IMG/VR virus record: IMGVR_UViG_3300023222_000125
Span: 1-45,579 of that record
Source of the DNA: a virus
Lineage: Duplodnaviria > Caudoviricetes
DNA: 45,579 nt
Strand: one strand, 5' to 3'
Part shown: one piece after another, positions 17,593 to 26,405 of the stretch
Layout of the letters: each line of letters starts with the position of its first letter
Numbering within the stretch: position 1 is the stretch's first letter
The notes under the pieces: model-generated
Told to the model about the DNA's origin: nothing
Database searches by the model: none
What the model saw: the letters and a program-made list of their open reading frames with translations, nothing else
Position numbers and translations under genes: made by a program

Positions 17593-17694
17593 ATGAATGA
17601 GTTGGAAAAGTTCGCAGTACTAGTGGGGCTGTTATTGAACTTTGGATCCGTTGCGGTGGTGGTTACGATACTTGTTATAGAGTTGGCGAGGTAG
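17593..17694 (+). CDS. Small membrane protein, 33 aa (not in track)
   Basis: MNELEKFAVLVGLLLNFGSVAVVVTILVIELAR. Confidence 0.5.
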   Translation: MNELEKFAVLVGLLLNFGSVAVVVTILVIELAR

Positions 17695-17699
17695 CTTGA

Positions 17700-17975
17700 A
17701 TGAATAACATAGTTGTTTCTATAATCAGAACTATATTTCCAATGAATGAGGCCAGAGCTAGAAAGATTCTTTCCCCTTATATCAATGAGGATGACACAAT
17801 ATCTGATGAGGAGTGGTGGATAGAAAAACATGAAGAGGATGATAAGTATTACATCCGTTACTACATCGCTTCTAACGTCCAACTTGCTCTACAAGGGGTT
17901 GCTGGCAGTGGCTTCCCAAGATCACAAAAAGACCTAGACGCATTGAACTGGTGGATAGAGAATAAGTGTGATTAA
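17700..17975 (+). CDS. Hypothetical protein
   Basis: GAGG RBS. Confidence 0.65.
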   Translation: MNNIVVSIIRTIFPMNEARARKILSPYINEDDTISDEEWWIEKHEEDDKYYIRYYIASNVQLALQGVAGSGFPRSQKDLDALNWWIENKCD

Positions 17976-17979
17976 ATAT

Positions 17980-18087
17980 ATGCTAAAAGAACTTGTTATT
18001 ATCGTGACCTCCGTTTTGTTTCAAAGGTTCCTAATGCTGGTTACAGTCATAGGGTTTTTAGTTTGGTTAAATGTAGGTTATTTATGA
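17980..18087 (+). CDS. Small membrane protein, 35 aa (not in track)
   Basis: MLKELVIIVTSVLFQRFLMLVTVIGFLVWLNVGYL. Stop overlaps polymerase ATG. Confidence 0.45.
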   Translation: MLKELVIIVTSVLFQRFLMLVTVIGFLVWLNVGYL

Positions 18088-19853
18088 ACCGCATTGCCAC
18101 CATCGATTTTGAAACGCTCCCCATCGAGAAGCGGCCAGACTATCCTCCTAAGCCGGTGGGGGTCGCTATCATTGAGCCGGGCGAGTCACCCTACTACATG
18201 GCATGGGGTCACCCAACAGAGAACAACTGCACAAAGGAAGAGGCAAAACGTAAAGTAAAAGACCTGTATAAGCGGTACCCCATACTTTGTCACGGTGGGA
18301 AGTTCGATCTAGAAGTGGGCGAAGTGCATTTTGGTTTGCCGCTTGTCCCCCCAAAGGGCTGGCATGATTCTCTGTTGTTGGCGTTCCTGAACAATCCGCG
18401 TGAGCCGAGTTTAAAGTTGAAGCTATTAGCGGATGAGCACTTAAACATGCCACCGGATGAACAAGATAGATTGAAGGATTGGATATTCCAAAACGTACCA
18501 GGCGCTAAGCGAGCGAAAACAAAGTGGGCACAGTATATATACCTAGCCCCTGGAAAACTCGTAGGACGCTATGCAAAGGGCGATGTGATCCGAACCAAGA
18601 AGCTCTGCAAATTATTCTACAAAAACATTGCTGATAAGGGCATGGTTAAGCAATATGAGATCGAAAAGCGTGTTATCTTTCAGGCCATCGAAATGGAACG
18701 TACCGGCGTTCCCATTGACTACAAAGCGTTAGAACCTGACTTGATCAAAGCAAAGAAAGTGATGAAACGTGCAGAGAATGCGATTCGTAAAACGCTAGGA
18801 GACATTAACCTTGACAGCCCTAAACAAAAGATTGAGACGTTTGAAAGGTTGGGGTTAGTGGATGAATGGGAGTATACCGACAAAGGAAACCCAAAAACAG
18901 GGATAGATTCATTAATGCTTGTCTGCAACGACAAGCGACTCGTCAAGCAACTAGACACATTCAGCAAGTACTCAAAGCTCATCAAGACATATATGCAGAA
19001 GTGGCTAGACTCAGCACTTGAGAATGAGGGTAGGTTCTACCCTTGGTTCAATACGATTAAGGGGGATAACGACAAGGGGACTTATACCGGGCGATTCAGC
19101 TCTAACTTTCAGCAAGTCCCACGCCTCCCAAAAGATAAGACAATGCCCTTCCTGCGGAACTATATTGTTGCAGATAAGAAATCCCACACACTATTCAACC
19201 GTGATTTTTCACAGCAAGAACTCCGCATCTTGGCGCACTTTGAAGAGGGCCAACTACTCTCTGCGTTTTTGAATGATCCTAAAATGGACGCGCATAACTT
19301 TGTTAAAGACATCATGGAAGGTTTAACGGGGCGGACTTATAGCAGGAGCGATCATGTCAAGCCTTGTAACTTTCTGATGGTGTACGGAGGGGGAGCACCT
19401 GCTCTATCTAAAACTATCGGTGTCCCCTTGGCTGAAGCTAAACAAATTCTTGACGCACATGGTGACGCGTTGCCAGGCGTACAAGCTTTAAAACATGACC
19501 TCAATGTTATGTTTCGACAAGGCAAAGAGTTTAAGACGGCTGGTGGTCGTTGGTATGATTTTGAAGAAGACCGAGGATACGTAGGGCTTAACACATTGAT
19601 GCAAGGCAGCGCGGCTGATCATACAAAACGTGCGTTGATAAATATTGACGAAGTTTTTAAATCAAGAGACTATGACGCAAGAATAATACTCCCGGTACAC
19701 GATGAGTTTTTAGCGTCCGGCCCACGACGACAACAGAAAAAGCTCATGGCCGACTTTAAAGAAGCGATGGAGTACGATGAGTTGTTTGATTTACCTATGC
19801 TGTCTGATGGCAAGATAGGGGATAGGTGGGGACAAATGGAGAAAGTAGAATGA
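18084..19853 (+). CDS. polA: DNA polymerase family A with 3'-5' exonuclease
   Basis: Exo TIDFET, KFDL, Y...D. TGRFSS. Motif A DFSQQELRILAH, motif B KPCNFLMVYG, motif C VHDE. Confidence 0.95.
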   Translation: MNRIATIDFETLPIEKRPDYPPKPVGVAIIEPGESPYYMAWGHPTENNCTKEEAKRKVKDLYKRYPILCHGGKFDLEVGEVHFGLPLVPPKGWHDSLLLAFLNNPREPSLKLKLLADEHLNMPPDEQDRLKDWIFQNVPGAKRAKTKWAQYIYLAPGKLVGRYAKGDVIRTKKLCKLFYKNIADKGMVKQYEIEKRVIFQAIEMERTGVPIDYKALEPDLIKAKKVMKRAENAIRKTLGDINLDSPKQKIETFERLGLVDEWEYTDKGNPKTGIDSLMLVCNDKRLVKQLDTFSKYSKLIKTYMQKWLDSALENEGRFYPWFNTIKGDNDKGTYTGRFSSNFQQVPRLPKDKTMPFLRNYIVADKKSHTLFNRDFSQQELRILAHFEEGQLLSAFLNDPKMDAHNFVKDIMEGLTGRTYSRSDHVKPCNFLMVYGGGAPALSKTIGVPLAEAKQILDAHGDALPGVQALKHDLNVMFRQGKEFKTAGGRWYDFEEDRGYVGLNTLMQGSAADHTKRALINIDEVFKSRDYDARIILPVHDEFLASGPRRQQKKLMADFKEAMEYDELFDLPMLSDGKIGDRWGQMEKVE

Positions 19854-20197
19854 GCGATGAAATAGAAGTGCGCGATAAGAAAATGCTTGACCTAGAGGAA
19901 CAATTAAGAGCTGACCTTACTCAGTGTAGGGTATGCGAAAAACTAGAGTCACGGATAGTTGAATCCAATTTTATAATCTGTTTAAAAAAGATGTTCAATA
20001 AGGACTACAAACCTAAAACTAAATGTTGGTGGTCTAATCGTAGTGTTATCGATGTTCCCAGATTGCAGGCACTTGTTTACGGTATGCTGAGTTATCGGAG
20101 GATTGATTTCACAGACGTATTCGTCAGGTATACAAACATGTCTTTAGACATCTACATCTTATATAGAGATCACAAATACTACTGCATAGCTTTGTAA
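19850..20197 (+). CDS. Hypothetical protein
   Basis: ATGA coupling to polymerase. Confidence 0.65.
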   Translation: MSDEIEVRDKKMLDLEEQLRADLTQCRVCEKLESRIVESNFIICLKKMFNKDYKPKTKCWWSNRSVIDVPRLQALVYGMLSYRRIDFTDVFVRYTNMSLDIYILYRDHKYYCIAL

Positions 20198-20209
20198 GGA
20201 GAAAGTAAA

Positions 20210-20371
20210 GTGAAGCTGCAAGAATTAATAGAGATTTGTCTTGAAGAGCCAAAATCTCAACTAGTTGTAGAGCTACCAAACGGTAATCGATTAACTACGC
20301 AAGAATACCGCATTGACCTTAATGGTAGAGGTGAGCCGATTATTATTATTCTGACAGGGAAAAAGATATGA
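20210..20371 (+). CDS. Hypothetical protein, 53 aa (not in track)
   Basis: GTG start with AAGGAG RBS. MKLQELIEICLEEP... Confidence 0.55.
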   Translation: MKLQELIEICLEEPKSQLVVELPNGNRLTTQEYRIDLNGRGEPIIIILTGKKI

Positions 20372-20384
20372 TTGAAGAAGGGAA

Positions 20385-20597
20385 ATGAGACCGCCTTGGA
20401 TAGAGTTCCCTGATCATTCTCGGCACTGTATAGGTTGGAGAATGGGAGCCGGTGACGGGTATATCTACAACTTTCTGCGCTGGTACCATAGGCTTGATGA
20501 AGAAAAGCAAAAAGAGTATAGCGCACAGTACAAACCACCTGTTGAATGGGAAGGCTTTTATAATGAATACTTTGAAGACAAAGGAGAAACATTGTGA
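20385..20597 (+). CDS. Small Trp-rich protein resembling the N-terminal domain of some NADAR-family proteins
   Basis: PPW..FP......GWRMG.G.GY...F..W...L....Q..Y...Y..P..W. Confidence 0.6.
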   Translation: MRPPWIEFPDHSRHCIGWRMGAGDGYIYNFLRWYHRLDEEKQKEYSAQYKPPVEWEGFYNEYFEDKGETL

Positions 20598-21151
20598 CAA
20601 ATGAAAAACGAACAGATTACAGTCTTGATCTCGAAACACTAAGTACGCGATACGATGCTTCCATACTCGTTATTGCTTGTGCGAAGTTCGACATAGTAAC
20701 AGGCGACATTTTAGGAGACTTTACAATGAACGTAAGGTGCCCAGAGGATAAGTTTCATATCGATGTTGATACGGTGATGTGGTGGCTGAAACAGGATGAG
20801 CAGGCTCGCCATCAATTAACTAAACAAGATGTACACTGGGGTATTGAGGCAGCCTTACATTGTTTAACTGATTTCCTTTCGGATGAAGGTTGTGTATGGG
20901 GTAATGGTGCCACGTTCGATATTACAATATTAGAGCACGCTTATTTAGCAGCCTCTCAAATGCCGCCGTGGGATCATTGGAACGTACGCGACATGCGAAC
21001 AATTGTTGATATAGCAGAAACAGACGCTATGGGATTTGATCGTAAGTGGGTTAAGTTTGAAGGTACGCCACACGTTGCACTGGATGACGCGAAGCACCAA
21101 GCCCGTGTTATCTCAGCGGCTTATATGCATTTAATAAATACGTGTGGTTGA
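20594..21151 (+). CDS. DEDDh 3'-5' exonuclease (DUF5051/Rv2179c-like)
   Basis: LDLETL, T..WW..Q, WGNGATFD..IL, RDMRT, H.ALDDA..QA. Confidence 0.88.
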   Translation: MTNEKRTDYSLDLETLSTRYDASILVIACAKFDIVTGDILGDFTMNVRCPEDKFHIDVDTVMWWLKQDEQARHQLTKQDVHWGIEAALHCLTDFLSDEGCVWGNGATFDITILEHAYLAASQMPPWDHWNVRDMRTIVDIAETDAMGFDRKWVKFEGTPHVALDDAKHQARVISAAYMHLINTCG

Positions 21152-21344
21152 AATGCTTACGGAAGGTAAATGCAAAGCCACAAAAAAACGTGCTAACAAG
21201 TCAAAGGTCAGACCTATAGCGCCTCCCCCATCAGGGCAAGGAACTAGAAAGAAAGTCCCCCCGTCCTTTGCGAGAGCTAGACAAAGCGAAAGGTATGAGC
21301 GACTACCTTGGTGGGGTAAATGGATGTGGTGGTTATGGAAATGA
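21144..21344 (+). CDS. Hypothetical basic protein
   Basis: Packed ORF ending LPWWGKW. Confidence 0.55.
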   Translation: MVEMLTEGKCKATKKRANKSKVRPIAPPPSGQGTRKKVPPSFARARQSERYERLPWWGKWMWWLWK

Positions 21345-21679
21345 AACAATCCTACATCTATCTAGCAGGGCCATATAGTCACTGGTGTGGATCGATACGC
21401 GCTCGTCGTTTTGAAGAGCTAACTAAAAAAGCCGGTGAGTTAATGAAAGAGGGGCTTGTGGTGTACAGTCCGATCACACACGGCCACATGATAACAGTGC
21501 TTTGTCCTGATATACCGTTAGATTTTGACTGGTGGCAAAAACAGAGTTTGGAGATGCTCAGCCATGCGTCTACATTGATGGTTCTTAAGTTAGAGGGGTG
21601 GGAGAAATCAAAAGGTGTAGGGAATGAGATCATATTTGCCTGTGAATTAGAAATACCTGTGGAGTTTATAGAGGTGTGA
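21341..21679 (+). CDS. DUF1937/nucleoside 2-deoxyribosyltransferase-like protein
   Basis: IYLAGPYS, VYSPITHGH, GWEKSKGV..E...A. Confidence 0.8.
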   Translation: MKQSYIYLAGPYSHWCGSIRARRFEELTKKAGELMKEGLVVYSPITHGHMITVLCPDIPLDFDWWQKQSLEMLSHASTLMVLKLEGWEKSKGVGNEIIFACELEIPVEFIEV

Positions 21680-22155
21680 GTATGGATTTAGGTGGAGCTA
21701 TTAAACAATGTCGCAGCATTAAAAAGCTAACATTAGCTCAGCTTTCAGATAGCTGTGGAATATCTACCTCACATTTGTGCTTAATAGAAAAGAATAAGCG
21801 TGAACCCAGCTTGAGTGCAGTCGAAGCGATTGCACAATCACTAGGTTTGTCGTTAAGCGGTTTAATATTTTTGGCAGAACAAAGAGATAAGGAGAGCACC
21901 ATGGAATTTTGGACAAGTTTAATTAAGACGTCGGATGATAGCGAGTTTTTAAATAATAACTGTACTCATGTAGTTAATGATTACTGGATATATGAGGGAG
22001 ACGAAGGATGTTTAGACGATGAACTTTCAGAGCATGAGATTATAGCTAGCGGTGCAGTGCCTAACCTTGGTGGACTGACTACGCAAGAGCTTACTGATGG
22101 TTGCAGAGCATGGTTCGGGGTTGCGTTTACCATATCTACTATCAAAGTCCGTTGA
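21676..22155 (+). CDS. XRE-family HTH fused to an acidic unknown domain
   Basis: LG.AIK..R..K.LT..QL....GIS.SHL..IE...REPS. Confidence 0.8.
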   Translation: MSMDLGGAIKQCRSIKKLTLAQLSDSCGISTSHLCLIEKNKREPSLSAVEAIAQSLGLSLSGLIFLAEQRDKESTMEFWTSLIKTSDDSEFLNNNCTHVVNDYWIYEGDEGCLDDELSEHEIIASGAVPNLGGLTTQELTDGCRAWFGVAFTISTIKVR

Positions 22156-22167
22156 TGACCATGTAGA

Positions 22168-22431
22168 TTGAGTTATCTATATAGGTGTAATCATTGCCGC
22201 GCTCGTCGAGCATTAAAACGAGTGCATACTGAATATATAAGATCTCCTAAGTGCTTGGATTGTGGTAGGTTGATAACTTATAGAGATAGGTGGCAGGAGA
22301 AGATGAATAAGAAAAAAACATGTTATTGTGACGGGTACCATTACCCACATAGAAGTGGATCAGGGGTATGGTGCGTTGATTCTAAAGGTCAACCAACTGA
22401 GGAAGACTATAGAGAAAGATACAATGCCTAA
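22168..22431 (+). CDS. Cys/His-rich Zn-binding protein
   Basis: CNHC, CLDC, CYCDGYHYPHR...C. Confidence 0.7.
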   Translation: MSYLYRCNHCRARRALKRVHTEYIRSPKCLDCGRLITYRDRWQEKMNKKKTCYCDGYHYPHRSGSGVWCVDSKGQPTEEDYRERYNA

Positions 22432-23110
22432 AAAGAAAACTAAAAGATGGTCGTATAGCCGGTGGGCGATGTACCACTTATGCCCAAGGCAGTATCATTG
22501 GTATTACATACTGAAGATGCCGCGAACTACTAGCTATGCAATGGAACGCGGCCTAGACATTCACAAGAAGGCCGAGAACTTTGTGAAAGGTAAGATAACC
22601 GGGATGCCTAGCGAGTTGAAAAAGTTTGCTCCTGAGTTCAAAGCGTTGAGACGCGAGTATAGGCGAGGCCGTGGACGTACTGAGCCTGACATCAGTATGA
22701 ATCGTGACAGAACAGCTTCAACAAAAGAAGATACGGATTATTTTATTGGCTTTGCCGACTATGCACACTGCACTTATGATAAAGGTGAGGTCAACTTAAG
22801 CGCGTTAGCAGTTATTGATTATAAAACAGGGCGCAAGTACCCAGGGCATAGAGAACAAGGTAATATCTATGCCTTAATACTACTCTGTTTAAACCCATCG
22901 GTTGATAAGGTAACGGTTGAGTTCTATTATTTAGATTCAGGGTTCGTAACAGAGTTTATTATTCATCGAAAAGACTTAGAACGGTTGATGGCAGTATGGG
23001 ATAGGCGCATTACTAAGATGTACAGCGACAAAGTATTTGAAGCGACACCGAATAAGTTTTGTAAGTGGTGTAATCGAAATAAACTTAATGGAGGAGATTG
23101 TGATGGGTGA
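22424..23110 (+). CDS. Cas4-like PD-(D/E)XK exonuclease
   Basis: WSYS...CP, RG..IH, IDYKTG, Q..IY, C-terminal CKWC..C. Confidence 0.85.
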   Translation: MPKKKTKRWSYSRWAMYHLCPRQYHWYYILKMPRTTSYAMERGLDIHKKAENFVKGKITGMPSELKKFAPEFKALRREYRRGRGRTEPDISMNRDRTASTKEDTDYFIGFADYAHCTYDKGEVNLSALAVIDYKTGRKYPGHREQGNIYALILLCLNPSVDKVTVEFYYLDSGFVTEFIIHRKDLERLMAVWDRRITKMYSDKVFEATPNKFCKWCNRNKLNGGDCDG

Positions 23111-23291
23111 GCCGCGAACCTGTGAAGATTGCAGCGTTAGATTTTACCGCGACAAGGCTTATTTAAAACAAGATCGTAAAGATCCTTTATTCAAATGGAC
23201 TTGTGCCAAGTGCGACACTTGCAAAGACAAGAGAATCGATTTAGCCATTAAACGTATACCTGCAATTATGTTCGAGATCGCAGATGAATAA
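23103..23291 (+). CDS. Cys-rich hypothetical protein
   Basis: GGAGGAG RBS, CxxC motifs. Confidence 0.65.
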   Translation: MGEPRTCEDCSVRFYRDKAYLKQDRKDPLFKWTCAKCDTCKDKRIDLAIKRIPAIMFEIADE

Positions 23292-23649
23292 GCTAAAAAC
23301 ATTAGAAACAGACCGTGAAAGTAAGTACGTTGAGTTTGTCAAAAATGAAGGGTACGTTGCAGTAAAGATGCATAAGTGTGGCTACCCTGACAGGATAATC
23401 TTACTAGACGATGGGTACTGCTTCATGATCGAGTTTAAACGTGACGTGAGTAAGTTTACAAAACGGAAAGGTGAGAAGTTACAACAGCACATTCATGAAG
23501 AGTTAAGAGCGCGAGGCATTCATGTTTATCTGTGTGACACGGTTAAACAGGCGAAGGCTATCTTTCATTATGAACTCAGAATGAGCGTAGTTGATGAGGG
23601 CAGCTTTTACCCGTACCCTGACGAAACTATTATGAAGTATAAACCTTAG
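23284..23649 (+). CDS. VRR-NUC domain nuclease
   Basis: GYPDRI, MIEFK, LQ...H..L...G. Confidence 0.85.
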   Translation: MNKLKTLETDRESKYVEFVKNEGYVAVKMHKCGYPDRIILLDDGYCFMIEFKRDVSKFTKRKGEKLQQHIHEELRARGIHVYLCDTVKQAKAIFHYELRMSVVDEGSFYPYPDETIMKYKP

Positions 23650-23660
23650 AGGATAAGACA

Positions 23661-23816
23661 ATGGGAAAATCAGACACAGATAGAAAGAGTCACCTAGAAT
23701 TTTACCTACAAAAAGCATTGAACGAAGCAGAGCAAGCGGATACTGTGGAACGCTTAAAAGATGTGATTGTTAGTCTGATAATATTAGTTGCGGATGTTTC
23801 AGACTGTGAAATATAA
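23661..23816 (+). CDS. Hypothetical protein, 51 aa (not in track)
   Basis: GAGGA RBS. MGKSDTDRK...VSDCEI. Confidence 0.55.
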   Translation: MGKSDTDRKSHLEFYLQKALNEAEQADTVERLKDVIVSLIILVADVSDCEI

Positions 23817-23836
23817 CCCCCTCCCCCAACAGAAAG
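23807..23836 (+). repeat. 30-bp duplicate of helicase 5' end (other copy 24108-24137)
   Basis: 28/30 identical. Confidence 0.85.
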
Positions 23837-23844
23837 GAATAAAC

Positions 23845-24117
23845 ATGCGGCTAGATCCTAAAAAAATAGATCAGCACTTCTTAAATGTTCGGCGTGTTGT
23901 CGATGATAAATGTGAGCATTACGCAGTGAGGCATCTAGTAAATGATATTGCAAACGTCACCTACTGGGGAAATGGCGAGTGGAGAATATACGTCGATAGC
24001 TTCCCACTTAATAAAAGATGCTATGCTACTAACATCCCCATTAGAACAGTACAAGAATTTACGGACATGATGGGGCGATTAGGCTTAGTTCTGAAAGTAG
24101 AGACAGATGAAATATAA
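23845..24117 (+). CDS. Hypothetical protein between duplicated repeats
   Basis: AAGGA RBS. MRLDPKK...ETDEI. Confidence 0.65.
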   Translation: MRLDPKKIDQHFLNVRRVVDDKCEHYAVRHLVNDIANVTYWGNGEWRIYVDSFPLNKRCYATNIPIRTVQEFTDMMGRLGLVLKVETDEI

Positions 24118-25468
24118 CCCCCTACCTCAACAGAAAGAAGCGATCAAGTACGGGCTTAAAAATCCCGGCTGTGGTATATGGCTTGATCCGGGAGACGGCA
24201 AGACATCTGCCACGCTGTCTATCATCGAGATACTAAAAGCGAAGAAGATGATCAAAGGTGTGCTGGTATTCACCACCATGAACATTTTAGATCTTGAAAC
24301 TTGGCAGAATGAGATCAAGAAGTGGGAGTTTGATTTCACTCACACCATACTACACGGCAGGAAGAAAGATAAAGAGCTTGCTAAAAAGTACGATATCTAT
24401 TTCATCAACTATGAAGGGCTAAGCTGGTTATACCAAAACAAAAAGAAGTGGGCGAAAAGGATTGATGTGTTGGTCTTAGATGAGTCCACGAGAGTCAAGA
24501 GTTTTAGATCACAGCGTTTTAAGATGTTCAAAAAATTAAGACATTGCTTCACCCGTGTGATTGAGTTGACCGGGACACCCATGCCACAAAGTTATATGGA
24601 CTTATTTACTCAGGTCTATCTATTGGATGAAGGTGAACGCCTAGGCAAGTTTATCGGGCGGTACCGAAACGAGTACTTTGATCCATGCGGGTTCATGGGG
24701 AAGGAATACGTATTACAAGAAGGCGCAGAGAAACGTATCTATAAAAAGATAAAAGACATCATCTATCGACCTGACAAAGACTATTTGAAGCTGCCAAAAG
24801 AGAAGTACAACGATATCCTTATCACCTTGCCAGATAAACTAATGAAGCAGTACAAAGAGCTAGAGGATGAGTTCATTGCCGAGCTAGATAGTGGGGTAAT
24901 CGTAGCGGGCACGGCGGGGATAGCTTCTATGAAATTAAGACAGTTCGCGAATGGGCGGGTATACAATGAGAAGCGGGAGATACTACACGCCCATGATTAC
25001 AAGCTAAACGCCGCCATTGGCATCGTAGAAGAACTGCAAGGCAACCCGTTGTTGATAGGATATGAATTTAAACATGACTTGCAAGCGTTACGTAGCGCCT
25101 TCCCCCATGCCCCTTTTTTCGGCACTACAAGTGGTGGGGTCAAGCCAAACAAGAAACGCAAACTTGAGATACAAGATCAGTGGAACGCAGGAGAAATACC
25201 CGTACTCCTTGGTCAAATCTCATCCGTAGCGCATGGGCTGAACATCCAAAAATCAGGCCACAACTTATTTGTGTACAGCCACATCTACAAACTTGAGGAC
25301 GTGCTTCAGTTTGTTCGGCGACTACGACGACAAGGCCAAAAGAAACGGGTCATGGTGCATCGTGCAATCTGCAAAGACACGATTGATGAGGATATTATTA
25401 AGGTTCAGGCTAAGAAAAGTCAAACACAAACAGCGTTGCTTGATGCAATGCGTAAACGAAGAGGATAA
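24107..25468 (+). CDS. SNF2-family (SF2) helicase
   Basis: DPGDGKT, INYE, LDES, LTGTP, HGLNIQ, Q...RL.RQGQ. Confidence 0.92.
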   Translation: MKYNPLPQQKEAIKYGLKNPGCGIWLDPGDGKTSATLSIIEILKAKKMIKGVLVFTTMNILDLETWQNEIKKWEFDFTHTILHGRKKDKELAKKYDIYFINYEGLSWLYQNKKKWAKRIDVLVLDESTRVKSFRSQRFKMFKKLRHCFTRVIELTGTPMPQSYMDLFTQVYLLDEGERLGKFIGRYRNEYFDPCGFMGKEYVLQEGAEKRIYKKIKDIIYRPDKDYLKLPKEKYNDILITLPDKLMKQYKELEDEFIAELDSGVIVAGTAGIASMKLRQFANGRVYNEKREILHAHDYKLNAAIGIVEELQGNPLLIGYEFKHDLQALRSAFPHAPFFGTTSGGVKPNKKRKLEIQDQWNAGEIPVLLGQISSVAHGLNIQKSGHNLFVYSHIYKLEDVLQFVRRLRRQGQKKRVMVHRAICKDTIDEDIIKVQAKKSQTQTALLDAMRKRRG

Positions 25469-25472
25469 GGTC

Positions 25473-25658
25473 ATGATTGAAATTACTGTGGTATGTGATG
25501 GGTGTGGCAAAAAAGAAATGTTCATTCCTGGTGATGAGACTTTAGCGGTTGACAAAATAATCAAATCAACTGGAATAGAGGTAGTGGTTGTACGCGAAGG
25601 TTCATATCACCTGTATAGGGGTGAGTACTGTGGAAAATGTAGCCCACTGAGAGGGTAG
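25473..25658 (+). CDS. Zn-finger hypothetical protein
   Basis: CDGCG and CGKC. Confidence 0.65.
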   Translation: MIEITVVCDGCGKKEMFIPGDETLAVDKIIKSTGIEVVVVREGSYHLYRGEYCGKCSPLRG

Positions 25659-25662
25659 CCAA

Positions 25663-26016
25663 ATGTTTATTAAAAAAGAGGATAGAACGATGGAATTATT
25701 AGATGATGTATGTAAACTAGAAGGCAAGGTTATAAAAACGTGCAAAATTATAGAAGACGATACGCAACTTGCACTTACCTTTGATGACGGCACATACGCT
25801 TTATTTATTATAGCTTATTGCCATGAGTGTAATACCGAAATTGAGCTTGAAACTGACGTACACTTGCTTAGCTTGCTTGCTAAAAAAGAGTTAGGGATTA
25901 TCTCAGACGATGAGTATGAAGAGATTTTGAGAGTGGAAAAAGAAGTGTGGCGTGGGCGAAGAGAAAAAGAGGAACGCGCTCAATTAGCAAAGCTAACGGA
26001 GAAGTATCAATCATGA
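25663..26016 (+). CDS. Hypothetical protein
   Basis: Packed ORF, charged C-terminal helix. Confidence 0.7.
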   Translation: MFIKKEDRTMELLDDVCKLEGKVIKTCKIIEDDTQLALTFDDGTYALFIIAYCHECNTEIELETDVHLLSLLAKKELGIISDDEYEEILRVEKEVWRGRREKEERAQLAKLTEKYQS

Positions 26017-26387
26017 TTAAAACTTTAACCACATTTTTAATATACTTAATATCAACAACAGTCTACGCTCAGTCAGAAGACTACCATCTTAACAAATGGT
26101 GCAAAGCCCGTTCTGATTTTATAACGACTGAGAGAAGAGTCAAGGCGGGGTATGTAGATTGCCTCTTGACTGACTACGCTATTGAGTTCGGCTTTGCTCA
26201 TAAGTGGAAAGAAGATATCGCACAAGCGAGATGGTATGCACTTCAAACCGGCAAGAAAGCTGGCATGGTTATGATTTTAAAAAAGCCCACTGATACAAAG
26301 TACTTTGAATATGTTATGGAGTACCTACAATTTTATAACGGCGATTCTCAACCTATCAAGATATGGACGGTGAATGATTATGAATAG
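26013..26387 (+). CDS. Signal-peptide protein with restriction-endonuclease-like fold motif
   Basis: N-terminal signal peptide ending VYA. E....VDCL...AIEF.F..KW.E...QA..YA..TGK..G. Confidence 0.6.
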   Translation: MIKTLTTFLIYLISTTVYAQSEDYHLNKWCKARSDFITTERRVKAGYVDCLLTDYAIEFGFAHKWKEDIAQARWYALQTGKKAGMVMILKKPTDTKYFEYVMEYLQFYNGDSQPIKIWTVNDYE

Positions 26388-26405
26388 TACTAAGGGAGAT
26401 CGAAA

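Noticed and set aside
18084-19853. Modified-base (Z-genome or 7-deazaguanine) polymerase system
   Set aside because: No PurZ, Que/Dpd or other modification genes recognised, and motifs are ordinary family A
22424-23110. Cas4 as evidence of a CRISPR system
   Set aside because: No array or other cas genes. Solo Cas4-like nucleases are routine in PolA/SNF2 replication modules
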